DNA of 64,000 nt from Macrostomum hystrix (Eukaryota > Animalia > Platyhelminthes). The position numbers and the translations under genes were made by a program. The notes beneath the pieces are model-generated. The model made no database searches, was not told the DNA's origin, and saw nothing but the letters and a program-made list of their open reading frames with translations. The stretch is from positions 6,448,001-6,512,000 of the forward strand of contig CATNEN010000039.1 in the NCBI GenBank assembly GCA_950097015.1, given 5' to 3'. Below, in pieces: positions 13,801 to 26,040 of the stretch. Position 1 is the stretch's first letter; every line of letters begins with the position of its first letter.

Positions 13801-16800
13801 AGTCCCTCACCCGCTAATCCCTTCGTACCTACTGTACCTCCCGGCCTGGCGCAATCTCCCTAATCCACAACTCCCAGGGTTTAATCCTCCCCCGGCCCCA
13901 GTTCTGGCCATCGACCGTCGGCTGTCCGCCCCCCCTCCGCCTCCGGGAATGCCAGACGGTCTCAAAAGCTTCTTCGATTGCAACCAGCTGCTCCAGGAAG
14001 TCACGCCTCATTCAGCTGGGGGGGGTGCTTCTTTTCTCTCTTGCTTCCCGTTCCCCTTCAGCCTGGCCACGCTGGCCATCCATCAACAAAGCACAGGCTG
14101 GTCTGGACTATTGAGAGGACAGGAGAGCGGCTGCTGCTGCTGCTGCTGCCCCTTCTAGAACAGGATGCGGTGGATTGACAGCTTAAGAAATTCAGGCTCT
14201 GGTTGCACTTTTGGGAAAGAGTAGTGAGAAAAAAATGCGACTCATCTGCTTCATCTAAACCAGTTTGTTGATTAACGGAATCGCGGATCAAGCTAAAGAC
14301 CCAACAGTACCCAGACCTTAGTTAAGATCCGCCTGTTAAGATCGAAATCTGTTCAGTATAGAACTCCTGTGTATTTTGGTTCCTGTAATTTCATTCTCAC
14401 ATTCTCACATCCTCACAGTCTGACACCCTCCAAACACTCATCCTCACAGTCTGACACCCAGGCCTACTCACCGCAGTCTGAGCAGCCGGGCTGTCTGACG
14501 CCCCTGGAACTGGCTAAACAGGCGGTCCAGCTCGCCTTCGATCCTCTGCGCGTAGTCGCGAAAGCTGGCCGAAGACTGCGTGAGCATGGACTCATCCCAG
14601 TTGGCTTCGAAGCCCAGACTGACAGCGAAGACCAGCTGATCGCAGGATAGCGGCCGGTTGGCCGGCACGGCTGTGGCTTCGATGAGGTCGCCAGTTCGCT
14701 CGTTGACGCAGAAGCAGGCGCCGCTGCCGCACTGCTGGCCTCTGTACAGCGCCGACTGGGGGCTCTGACAATTCGGCCGGTAGCGAAGGCCCTGCGAGGT
14801 CTGCACCACCTGGTTGAGCATGCTGGAGCAGCTGCGGCCTTTATGGGATTGAGAATATCAATGGGAATCGGAGCTTTCAATTCCAGATTTAGGGATTAAA
14901 AAAACTTTTGGGAAATACCCAGTTAAAGACCGATGAGGGAAATCCCTAAAAGGGGGGGAGATCCTTAAGTAGAATGTTAAAAAATAAGAATAATAACATA
15001 GCAGTTGATTACACCTGCCCCGATCGGGCCAGACGTGCAGCTGACAGCCGCTGCTATTGCGCTGCGCATTTGAAGGCTGCGTACGGCAGTTCAGTCCATG
15101 GACTGGGGGACGCCACACCCACCGTCCATTAACCTAGCGAATTCTGGCACCCATTTAACAGCTGGGTGAATTCAATAAATGCAGAGTTAAGTGTCTTGCT
15201 AAAGGACACGAACTTTTCCAGTGAAGTAAAGAATCGAACCCCCGACCTTCAAGACGTGAATCCGACGCTCTAACCACATGGCAACAAACCCCATCATTAC
15301 ACATCCTCACAAGTAACGATAATATCTTATGATAAGAAATATGATATTTGAGTCCCAAAAATAAAATACTCAGAATACAATTCGGTGCATTGGGGATAAA
15401 ACATACTCTAACAAACATTGATTTGGTAGGTGATCTAGAAGTATTCAATCGGTAACAGGGTTTGTTCATGAGTTGAGCTATAGGTTCCAAATATGCCGCA
15501 GCAATTCATGTAGGACGCACACTAATGCAATTTAGCAAAACAGCTAAGCAGGGGCTTTTAGGCATTGTTCTCTAACTTACCTGTCTGTACTCACAGGTCT
15601 GTCCACACCTGAGTGCCTGAGCAATTTTTGTCTATTCCGACATCTTAACTCTCTGAATTCATTTTCTCTCCGCTCAAATCCAGCAACTGGCGTAGAGAAA
15701 AAATTGTTTACTAAAGTCGTAAAATCTAGCCATGAAATGGGTTGCACCTATTTTTTAATGCAGCGAGTGCTTCAATAAGGCTTGCTTAATATGGCGAGGT
15801 TTGGGGGGGCCAGAAACCACTGGTTGAGTACAGAGCTTGACTATCTTCTGAGCAGAGTTAGACACTGCAAATTTAATTTATTAAAATATGCTGCTATTTT
15901 ACCTAATTTACCAAACAAATTTCCTCGCCATAGAAAAGCCGCAGTACATTTTTGCTAAAAAAGTTTTCCATTTGCCTTATTGTGACAAGTTTCAGGGCAA
16001 CTGAGACTAAACTGGTTAGAATCATGCAGGCAGAGCTTTTGAAATAACTTAACAGGACTCAAATTCAATGGATTTTGGAAACGAAATCAAGAAGATTTAG
16101 AGAATGGGATTCTGTAGATCTGAGGAATATGATTCTGTAGATCTGAGGAATAGGATTCTGTAGATCTGAGGAATGGGATTCTGTAGATCTGAGGAATAGG
16201 ATTCTGTAGATCTGAGGAATGGGATTCTGTAGATCTGAGGAATAGGATTCTGTAGATCTGAGGTATGGGATTCTGTAGATCTGAGGTATGGGATTCTGTA
16301 GATCTGAGGAATAGGATTCTGTAGATCTGAGGTATGGGATTCTGTAGATCTGAGGAATAGGATTCTGTAGATCTGAGGAATGGGATTCTGTAGATCTGAG
16401 GAATAGGATTCTGTAGATCTGAGGAATGGGATCCTGTAGATCTGAGGTATGGGATTCTGTAGATCTGAGGTATGGGATTCTGTAGATCTGAGGAATGGGA
16501 TTCTGTAGACCTGAGGAATGGGATTCTGTAGATCTGAGGAATAGGATTCTGTAGATCTGAGGAATAGGATTCTGTAGATCTGAGGAATGGGATTTTGTAG
16601 ATCTGAGGAATAGGATTCTGTAGATCTGAGGAATGGGATTCTGTAGATCTGAGGAATGGGATTCTGAAGACCTGAGGAATGGGATTCTGAAGACCTGAGG
16701 AATGGGATTCTGTAGATCTGAGGAATCGGATTCTGTAGATCTGAGGAATAGGATTCTGTAGATCTGAGGTATGGGATTCTGTAGATCTGAGGTATGGGAT

Positions 16801-19800
16801 TCTGTAGATCTGATGAATGGGATTCTGTAGATCTGAGGTATGGGATTCTGTAGATCTGAGGAATAGGATTCTGTAGACCTGAGGTATGGGATTCTGTAGA
16901 TCTGAGGAATGGGATTCTGTAGATCTGAGGTATGGGATTCTGTAGATCTGAGGAATAGGATTCTGTAGATCTGAGGTATGGGATTCTGTAGATCTGAGGT
17001 ATGGGAGTTATGAAAGTGCAAAAGTTTTCCCAGCATGAGTCGAAAATCGAGTGCCTGGATCAGAATTCTGCCAGTAGTCCAAATGCCAAAAACCTCTCCC
17101 GAACAGTGTTATCACACAAAACAATCAGCTTCATTAGCAAATGTGAAAGAGACTGGTATTAGTTAATCAGCCAATCAAGGATGCCAATAGAACTGGGAAT
17201 AAGTTAAGTCTGGCAGGTTCATATGTAGTCGGCCCAGCGTCAACAACACAAACTAATGCAGACCTGCAGGGCTTGTAAGTTTATTTTGAATTCCGCCAAC
17301 GCATTCTATGCCAGTCAGGCATAGCTTGCCGTCTCTAACCCACCCCACTCCACCTGGCTGCGGTGTAAGCTGCCCTCACTTCACAGACTAGTTAGCCAGT
17401 ACTCTAGACCGCCTGTCCACTGGGCTTATGGTTGGAGCTGTGAGTGAATGAGCAGTTAGATAATATTATCAGGACTGTTTAACCCTGTACGGGTCACAAT
17501 CTACCCCGCAGAAGAAGCCCTTATTTAGTAGCTTATAATACATTCCTTATCTATATGCGTATTCGTCAAAGTATTGTCAAAACACACACAGCTAATTTTT
17601 AATATAGATTTCAGAATGCCAAAAAAAGTGCCAAAGGCAAAAACTATCCAGATCCTATATGTTTCTCCTTGATATGCCGGCAAGACTTCCTCCGATAGCA
17701 TGGGATTGCCAATTCCTCTCTCCCAGTCTATAACGATACAGGAGAGAAAAATTAATTGATATTGGCGGCACTCCACCTATGCCTAAATTCAGCTTTCCAC
17801 GCGTCATCAGCTGCTAAATAATCTCCTTCGCTTCGCTTCATTATATGGGCCCCGTGTTGGGAGGGGGTCGGAGAATAGAGGCCACATTCCAATTCTTTGG
17901 CCAGGCCATACATTTTCAGTTATAGGTATAGGATTAGTACACAAAATAATTCTAAGCTAGCTAGTCAATAAAGTAGATTTGCCCCACACAGCTTCTGCCT
18001 ACACTGGAATGCTACTGCTTTGTGGAAACAGCTGCAAGATGGGCTGATTGTATACATTGATTGGGATGTGGGCTGATTGTACACTGATTGGGATGTGGGC
18101 TGATTGTACACTGATTGGGATGTGGGATGATTGTACATTGATTGGGATGTGGGATGATTGTACACTGATTGGGATGTGGGCTGATTGTACACTGATTGGG
18201 ATGTGGGCTGATTGTACACTGATTGGGATGTGGGCTGATTGTATACATTGATTGGGATGTGGGATGATTGTACACTGATTGGGATGTGGGCTGATTGTAC
18301 ATTGATTGGGATGTGGGCTGATTGTACACTGATTGGGATGTGGGCTGATTGTACACTGATTGGGATGTGGGATGATTGTACATTGATTGGGATGTGGAAT
18401 GATTGTACACTGATTGGGATGTGGGATGATTGTACATTGATTGGGATGTGGGCTGATTGTACACTGATTGGGATGTGGGCTGATTGTACACTGATTGGGA
18501 TGTGGGCTGATTGTACACTGATTGGGATGTGGGATGATTGTACATTGATTGGGATGTGGGCTGATTGTACACTGATTGGGATGTGGGCTGATTGTACACT
18601 GATTGGGATGTGGGATGATTGTACATTGATTGGGATGTGGAATGATTGTACACTGATTGGGATGTGGGCTGATTGTACATTGATTGGGATGTGGGCTGAT
18701 TGTACACTGATTGGGATGTGGGCTGATTGTATACATTGATTGGGATGTGGGATGATTGTACATTGATTGGGATGTGGGCTGATTGTACATTGATTGGGAT
18801 GTGGGATGATTGTACATTGATTGGGATGTGGGATGATTGTACATTGATTGGGATGTGGGATGATTGTACATTGATTGGGATGTGGAATGATTGTACATTG
18901 ATTGGGATGTGGGATGATTGTACACTGATTGGGATGTGGGCTGATTGTACACTGATTGGGATGTGGGATGATTGTACATTGATTGGGATGTGGGCTGATT
19001 GTACATTGATTGGGATGTGGGATGATTGTACATTGATTGGGATGTGGGATGATTGTACATTGATTGGGATGTGGGCTGATTGTACATTGATTGGGATGTG
19101 GGATGATTGTACACTGATTGGGGTGTGGGATGATTGGGAAGTGGGAGATTGGGAAGTGGGATGATTGGGATGTGGGATGATTGGGATGTGGGATGATTGG
19201 GAAGTGGGATGATTGGGATGCGGGATGATTGGGATGTGGGATGATTGGGATGTGGGATGATTGGGAAGTGGGATGATTGGGAAGTGGGATAATTGGGATG
19301 TGGGATGATGGGGTTTGTGGGATGATTGGGATGTGGGATGATTGGGAAGTGGGATGATTGGGATGCGGGATGATTGGGATGTGGGATGATTGGGATGTGG
19401 GATGATTGGGATGTGGGATGATTGGGATGTGGGATGATTGGGATAGAAAACATTTTTACACACTTCATTATCAAACAGATTCAAATTTCAACCTCCCGCA
19501 AGCTTACTGTTGTCGTGGTCTGCCGGCTTAGTGGGCATCCAGGGCACCTGCGGCGGCTGTTGCTTGGTGGTGGTCCTGGCTAGTGGCAGCTCGATGATAC
19601 CAACAGTTGGCCGCACCCAAGTTCCGTTGCGGCGTTCCGACCACGGCGGCTGCGGCGGTGGCGGCGGCCGAAAGTCACCTGAAGAAATGCTGTCGCCAAC
19701 GCCAGCAGTGCGTGGGCCTGGATTGGCAAGATTTGGCGGCGGTCGGTCGCCACTGACGCTACCATCGACGCCGCCAAGACGACCAGCTGCTGGCGCGTCT

Positions 19801-20499
19801 TCATCGTCGCTGGGTGGCGCCGGTGGTGGCGCTTGACCAGATGCCGCGCCAACTGTAGCGCCGGTTACAACTCGCGGCTCCTGAATTAGATAAGCGACTC
19901 GGCGTAAGTAAATTTTCATTGAGTAAAAAACTTAATCTCAATTTATTATCACTACTATGAACTGTGTAAGTATCTTGACTTACTTACTTTATCACACAAA
20001 AAACTAACTAATGGTTGTATGCATATAGTATAATTATGTGTTTGTCTTATTATTAAAAATGAAAATCAAGAAAGCTAGTCCTAAGAAGGTCCAAAATAAG
20101 CCATACAATGAGCGCATATATTTTTTGGGACAGCTTAAATTTTTTCTAGGATTTTTACAACTAAAAAAATAAATTACTAACAAATTATTTTGAAATAATG
20201 TAAATGCCAGAATATTTGACAGCTTTTTTCATTTTTGATGATTCTTTATAATTTATTATATAACTATTAATTTGAAATTACTCTACAATCATATATGCTT
20301 AAAATATAACTACAGTACAGTTTAATAAATACCATATTGAAGAATTGGAAACAATAAACGAAAATATTTCGTTATTCTTTTCCTCTGATCTTACCAGTTT
20401 TCGCACATTTAAAGGCGGCAGAGTCGGTATTATTGAATTACCAAAAGAAGAATGGAATAGTGCTGTTAATATTAGATATAGAATACAGAGTCTGTTCAT
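10854..20499 (-). CDS. Type I membrane proteoglycan-like protein: signal peptide, Pro/Ser-Gly region, thyroglobulin type-1 domain, SEA domain, TM, syndecan-like tail (~475 aa)
   Basis: Exons 20499-20395, 19880-19508, 14838-14472, 12295-12132, 11473-11415, 11328-11292, 11176-10854; all GT-AG, phase-consistent, total 1428 nt. Signal MNRLCILYLILTALFHSSFG. Six-Cys TY repeat CSS..YRPNC..YRGQQCGSGACFCVNERTG..LSC. SEA region LRLR|SGSVIADV. TM ILAAAIAGGVGCLLIAALIVMFFVY. Tail RARKARGGSY...IYTKASTHEEYFA. A possible extra exon 15686-15581 fits if the cag acceptor 7 nt further into the TY exon is used. Confidence 0.85.
11533..12064. repeat. 30-bp minisatellite (gggtacaatgtgactggagtgagtctctga)n
   Basis: About 18 near-perfect intronic units; explains ORFs 11388-12119 and 11508-12071. 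Confidence 0.95.
12870..13512. repeat. GA-rich polypurine low-complexity tract
   Basis: Almost only G/A on the + strand (ggagagggagagaag variants); intronic. Confidence 0.95.
15005..15290 (-). mobile_element. tRNA-derived CORE-type SINE, family A (copy 1)
   Basis: Minus-strand head with A box TGGTTAGAGCG and B box GGTTCGATTC. Body gtgtcctttagcaagacacttaactc...cccagctgttaaatggg resembles the MIR/CORE domain. Closely similar copy at 45902-46207. Confidence 0.85.
16100..17005. repeat. 23-bp minisatellite (gaatgggattctgtagatctgag)n
   Basis: About 39 intronic units. Confidence 0.95.
18036..19442. repeat. Compound minisatellite: 27-bp (gattgggatgtgggctgattgtacact)n grading into 16-bp (gattgggatgtgggat)n
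   Basis: 27-bp units at 18036-19115 and 16-bp units at 19115-19442; intronic. Confidence 0.95.
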
Positions 20500-21342
20500 T
20501 TTTGCTTTTGTGTCCTAAAATTACTGTATAGTTCTATAACTAGGCAATGAGACTATAAACTTTACAGCGTGGCACAGACTCGAGAAATAATTTTAAATAC
20601 GAAACATGCTCTGCTCTGAGTTTGATTTTGCGCGTAATTTGCAATTCTCGCTTTCTCGTTCACATTGATCAAATAAGGACGCAGCGTTAACTATGGAAAC
20701 GTCGATAAGCGTCGTAATTATCGCCATTTCTAAAGTAAATACATCAATTCAGTTTATGTCATATGCTATTTATAATTTCGTTTGCGACAGAGCCGTTCTC
20801 TTAGTTTTAATGTAGCTAAACCGATCGTCACTTTAAAATATGCTCGTAGTATCATTACTCGTATATCATTTTTGATCCTTTCAGAATCGACTACGAAATT
20901 AAATAGTTTGAGTTAGATATATAGTTAAAGCTTTTAATACATACTAAAAAGGTTTTCTGTAATTCTGTCTTTTGGTCCTTAGCCAAAAGTTTAAGCTCAC
21001 TTGCCAATTTTTTATAGACACTGTTGTACCACAGGCTCCATATTTTGTAAAAAATCATACTATATGATAACGGTACAATAAAAATTATTTCCATGAACTT
21101 ATATGACTTTATATCGTAATTTCTTTGAAAAAGAGAATTTTTTTCTCATTCGTACCTTATATTTTACACAAATTAAATACGTTAGACTCGAAATTTACGG
21201 TTAAAGTCTGAAGTTCAGTATATTAGTTAGCACTCTAGTAGTCCTTTAGAAGTCCTACGTACATACGAGGACTACTAAGGTACTTAGATTTAGTAGTCCC
21301 CCTTTAAAATAATATTCGCTCAGTCGTTTCTTATCGCCTTTA

Positions 21343-23039
21343 TTAGCACTCAGCAATTTTTCCAAAGAATTTTAAACTTGGAAATTCTTCTGTTGCATTG
21401 AAATATAATTTAGAAGCGATTGATCGATGTTGGTGTCGGCCATGACTCGTGGTGACATGCCAAAACTGGTGAATGGCAAGCGTCGAGTTGTCAATTGCTG
21501 CCTGTCGATAATTACGAGAGATCAGCGCAGCGCAGATCGCCATCAGCTGACTGTCTTTGGCCAAGCGATGCTGTCTGGCGCACACACTTTTCAAACGCCC
21601 AATCTGCGCTTCGTCAAATCGTGGACTAAACACCTGCGGTTCGAACAGATGAATCCTGCAAGTGACGTTCGAGCTGCACTGCTGACCGTTTCTCTCCAGG
21701 TATTTATTCAGCACTCGCTGCATCTCCAGCGGTCCGGTTATGTCTGGTGCATCGAATTCGGTGCGAGCTCGCCGACGTCCAACTTCAACCGGCGCCAAAA
21801 AGCGCCGCACATTGGCCCGATAGCGGCGGTGCCTCGGCTGCGCCGGTTCGCTCAGCAGGTTATCGGCAATTGCGTGCGCGTAGGCGTAAAAGAACGGATG
21901 CCCGGGCCTGCCGAACATCACCGCGTTGGACACCAGCGAGTTCAAGCCGAACAGCAGCTTGGCGTGCTCCGCCGGCTCCACAGCCAGCATGGCGCCGGCC
22001 AGCGGCTTGTCGAACAGCTGGACAAAGTCGCGCACGAGCTCTGTGTCCAGGTCCAAGTAGAGTCCGCCGATGCTGTGCAGGACCAGCACGCGGATCAAAT
22101 CGGAGCGCTCGAGTGACGTCTGGGCTGCGCCTAGCGCCACTGCCAGTCGGCTTCCAGGCGGGTAGCGCAGGCGGACCAGGCAGGCCGCGTCCTCATTGCG
22201 CCACAGCCAGAAGGTCAGGTCTGGATAGGCGGCCAGCCAGCGCTTCAGCAGCGGCCGGTATTCAGCGCGAAGCAGCTCGTTCTTAGCGGTGAAGTGAACG
22301 TGCCGCGGTATGCTGCCCACAGGTGACGGAGGGTGGCTCTCCAAATTTTGAGACCGCGAGGCAGCTTCGGCTGTTGCCGATTTGGTCGCTACAAGTGGCT
22401 CACTGGAAGAGAAGAAGATCTTTATTTAAATATTGTGTTGCTCATACTGTTGACTCTTAAATTTAAAACCGATTTTGTAGACAGCAATATCAATCTGCTC
22501 ATTTGTGCATCACATTTCCCTATTTCCCAACAAATTATGCAACACATGAATCTGCCATCGGCCAACCACCTCATCCCGATGTACATAGGCGAGCCAATGA
22601 ATGAATCTGCCCTCGGCCAACCACCTCATCCTGTTGTACATACACGAGCCTATAAATGAATCTGCCCTCGGCCAACCACCTCATCCTGATGTACACAGGC
22701 GAGCCAATAAATGAATCTGCCCTCGGCCAACCACCTCATCCTGATGTACATAGGCGAGCCAATGAATGAATCTGCCCTCGGCCAAACACCCCATCCAGCG
22801 AGCTAAACAAATCTCCTTGATAAAAGATACCTCGGCGTCATCGGGTGCTCCGTCAGGTTGTCGCTCACACCGCAGTTCTTGCTGGCAAAATTCATCAAAC
22901 GGCACTGTCCGTCAAAGACCATCCAGAGGCAGGCGAGCGCGCTGAGAACCATCAGGATCAGTAGCGGCAGCTGGCTTCGTCGAATCGGACGACGCCTCAG
23001 ATGGCACCAGCGAATCTTCCGCAGGGTGTCCTCGGGCAT
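21343..23039 (-). CDS. Glycosyltransferase family 32 (DXD, Gly_transf_sug; SUR1/OCH1/A4GALT-like), type II membrane protein, ~422 aa
   Basis: Exon 1 23039-22831 (basic tail plus TM LPLLILMVLSALACLWMVF, AG|gtatct). Exon 2 22402-21343 (ttccag|T GAG...) contains IPRHVHFT, W..AYPD...WLW, ERSDLIRVLVLHSIGGLYLDLD, SNAVMFGRPGHPFF, ITGP. Confidence 0.9.
22546..22797. repeat. 55-bp tandem repeat (~4.5 copies) in the GT32 intron
   Basis: atgaatctgcc recurs at 22546, 22601, 22656, 22711 and 22766. Confidence 0.9.
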
Positions 23040-23576
23040 TTTGTAGTGGTCACCCTGGCCAGTGGGTCAAAAATCTGTTCAGGCCTATCAATAAATATAA
23101 CTCCGGGTTACACTCGCGTGTACTCAGTCCTCCTGCGCCGGCGACATCTGGCGATAGGGCTTTGTCCTTCTCAAAAGTACTCTGCCTTGAAGTACAGGTA
23201 GAGCGAACCGGGAGACCTTTGTTTTTGTAGGTTGGCCACAGATTTTAGACTGTCTATCTCTCTATATGGGGCGTTGTTAAGAGGGATTTAAATAGCTGGG
23301 ATCGAGGCCGTTTTTTAGTTAGACATTGAACTTTTAGGCTAAAGGATTAGAATCGAGACAGACCTGGACTACTTATTTCCTAGATTTAAGTGGATATACG
23401 AGTACCAGCTCAAAAAGTAATTCTTTCTATAATAAAGTCTGTTCATGATTTCCTAATTCTCAAACGCAAAGCAAAAAATTCCAGATAGGTAACAAAGGAT
23501 CAGGGCCTGGATAAAATTTTTCAGAAATAGTAGACATCCAGAATCGAAGCGGAAATTGTAGATTTGTGGTCAGGAA

Positions 23577-23820
23577 TCATAGAACGAATCCTAGCAGGAA
23601 TCGTAGCAGGAATTGTAGCAGGAATCGCAGCAGGAATCGCAGCAGGAATCGCAGCAGGAATCGTAGCAGGAATCGCAGCAGAAATCGTAGCAGTAATCGT
23701 ATATTAGTGGTCTAGAATCGTAGCAAGAATAGTAGCAGGAATCGTAGCAGGAATCGTAGCAGGAATCGTAACAGGAATCGTTACAGGAATCGTAGCAGGA
23801 ATCGTAGTTGGAGTCGTCGC
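23577..23820. repeat. 12-bp tandem repeat (gcaggaatcgta)n
   Basis: Imperfect tandem units directly left of the hAT MITE. Confidence 0.85.
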
Positions 23821-23837
23821 AGGAGAAGCATCTAGAA

Positions 23838-24673
23838 CAGGGGTAGGCAAACTTATTTGCCGGCGGGCCAAAGAGAGAACCTAAAAGACGACAGCGGGCC
23901 GCATTGACTGTATAAATATGAGATAGGGGAGAGATGAGACACGGGAGAGATTAGACACGGGAGAGATGAGACACGGGAGAGATTAGACACGGGAGAGATT
24001 AGACACGGGAGAGATTAGACACGGAAGAGATTAGACACGGGAGAGATAAGACACGGGAGAGATAAGACACGGGAGAGATTAGACACGGGAGAGATGAGAC
24101 ACGGGAGATATAAGACACGGGAGAGATAAGACACGGGAGATATAAGACACGGGAGAGATGAGACACAGGAGAGATGAGACACGAGAGCGATGAGACACAG
24201 GAGAGATTTAGACACGGGAGAGATAAGACACGGGAGATATAAGACAGGGGAGAGATGAGACACAGGAGAGATTAGACACGGGAGAGATGAGACACGGGAG
24301 AGATGAGACACGGGAGAGATAAGACACGGGAGAGAGTAGACACGGGAGAGATTAGACACGGGAGAGATAAGACACGGGAGATATAAGACACGGGAGAGAT
24401 AAGACACGGGAGATATAAGACACGGGAGAGATGAGACACAGGAGAGATGAGACACGAGAGCGATGAGACACAGGAGAGATTAGACACGGGAGAGATGAGA
24501 CACAGGAGAGTTTAGACACGAGAGCGATGAGACACAGGAGAGATTAGACACGGGAGAGATTAGACACGAGAGAGATGAAACAGGACACTGTAGATGTCAG
24601 AAGGGGCAACGGGCCGGATTTGGGAGCTTCGAGGGCCGCATCTGGCCCGCGGGCCGGAGTTTGCCGACCCCAG
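23838..24673. mobile_element. Non-autonomous hAT element (Charlie/Buster type) with an internal 16-bp minisatellite
   Basis: TIRs CAGGGGTAGGCAAACT and (rc) CTGGGGTCGGCAAACT; subterminal ggcccgcgggcc motifs; perfect 8-bp TSD ATCTAGAA at 23830-23837 and 24674-24681; interior ~23929-24580 is (gagagattagacacgg)n. Confidence 0.9.
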
Positions 24674-25372
24674 ATCTAGAATCATTCGAAGAATTCAAAG
24701 AATCCTTCGGCATTTACGTCTTTATCACTGCAAGTAGCAGTATGCCAGTTATAATCCAGGGAGCACAGTGGTCAGAGATCTGACCTATAGAGGTTCGGAG
24801 TTCAAATCCAATCCCGATAGAAGCCGTTCGTGTCCTTTCTTTCTTTGCATGCGCGCAGATTGTGGGACCTGGGATGTCGCAGTGTCTGCAATAATCCCTG
24901 TGAAAATTCTAATCCCGAATAATATATAGATGTACTTCCCGCCTGTCAGGTCCTCTTCCCATCTGCTGGGCAAGGGAACTTGAGTGCAGCGGAGCAGACG
25001 GGTCCTCGGGGACTGCCCGACCACCCAGCTCTTGACTCCGCCAGCTCGACCAGTTTTAACGACTGCTCAGTCAGATCAGGCAGAAGCTGCAATGCAATTT
25101 GGGAGTTCCAGAACAGCGGCTGCTGAAGAGTGCGGCCCGTGTTCACCGGTTTGTCAAATTAGTTTTCAGAGCCGATCGAAGCGCGGCCGGAAATCTATGT
25201 AAACTTTTCTTACTTTGCTATTAAATGATTGGATGAGATGGACTCGAAATCTGACAACAGACTACAGAATCTGAGTATATTTACTCAATCATGAAATATC
25301 GCGGCCTAAGTCCTTTACAAACTTTCAATCTGAGCACATCTGATAGCAAACAGAACTTTTCATTACTGCACC

Positions 25373-25878
25373 CTCTCTCCCTTCTGCACACTGTCTTTCC
25401 CTCCTGCACACTGTCTTTCCCTCCTGCACACTGCCTTTCCCTCCTGCACACTGCCTTTCCCTCCTGCACACTGTCGTTCCCTCCTGCACACTGCCTTTCC
25501 CTCTTGCACACTGCCTTTCCCTCCTGCACACTGCCTTTCCCTCTTGCACACTGCCTTTCCCTCCTGCACACTGTCTTTCCCTCCTGCACACTGCCTTTCC
25601 CTCCTGCACACTGCCTTTCCCTCCTGCACACTGCCTTTCCCTCCTGCACACTGCCTTTCCCTCCTGCACACTGCCTTTCCCTCCTGCACACTGCCTTTCC
25701 CTCCTGCACACTGCCTTTCCCTCCTGCACACTGCCTTTCCCTCCTGCACACTGCCTTTCCCTCCTGCACACTGCCTTTCCCTCCTGCACACTGCCTTTCC
25801 CTCCTGCACACTGCCTTTCCCTCCTGCACACTGCCTTTCCCTCCTGCACACTGCCTTTCCCTCCTGCACACTGTCTTT
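25373..25878. repeat. 20-bp minisatellite (ctgcacactgcctttccctc)n
   Basis: About 25 near-perfect units downstream of the RGK stop codon. Confidence 0.95.
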
Positions 25879-26040
25879 CTATATCCCTTACAAATTTACA
25901 AGTAACAGTGTTCTACAACATTACTTGATGGGCATGATGGATTAAGAAACATATTTTTTATCAAATCAATCATTGCTTTCATTATTAAGTTTTGCCTTAA
26001 GTTAATGAGGCCTCAAAGTGGATTCGAACTCATAATCGTT

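Noticed and set aside
13780-14180. GC-rich block as an extra exon of the syndecan-like gene or an LTR-element remnant
   Set aside because: The flanking exons already join perfectly across the SEA motif, and I recognised no protein or TE signature.
15230-15290. tRNA genes at the A/B-box motifs (also 26700-26760 and 46148-46207)
   Set aside because: No complete cloverleaf or acceptor stem; each continues into a shared SINE body.
24930-25200. GC-rich block with short ORFs as a possible exon
   Set aside because: No consistent splice sites or recognisable homology.
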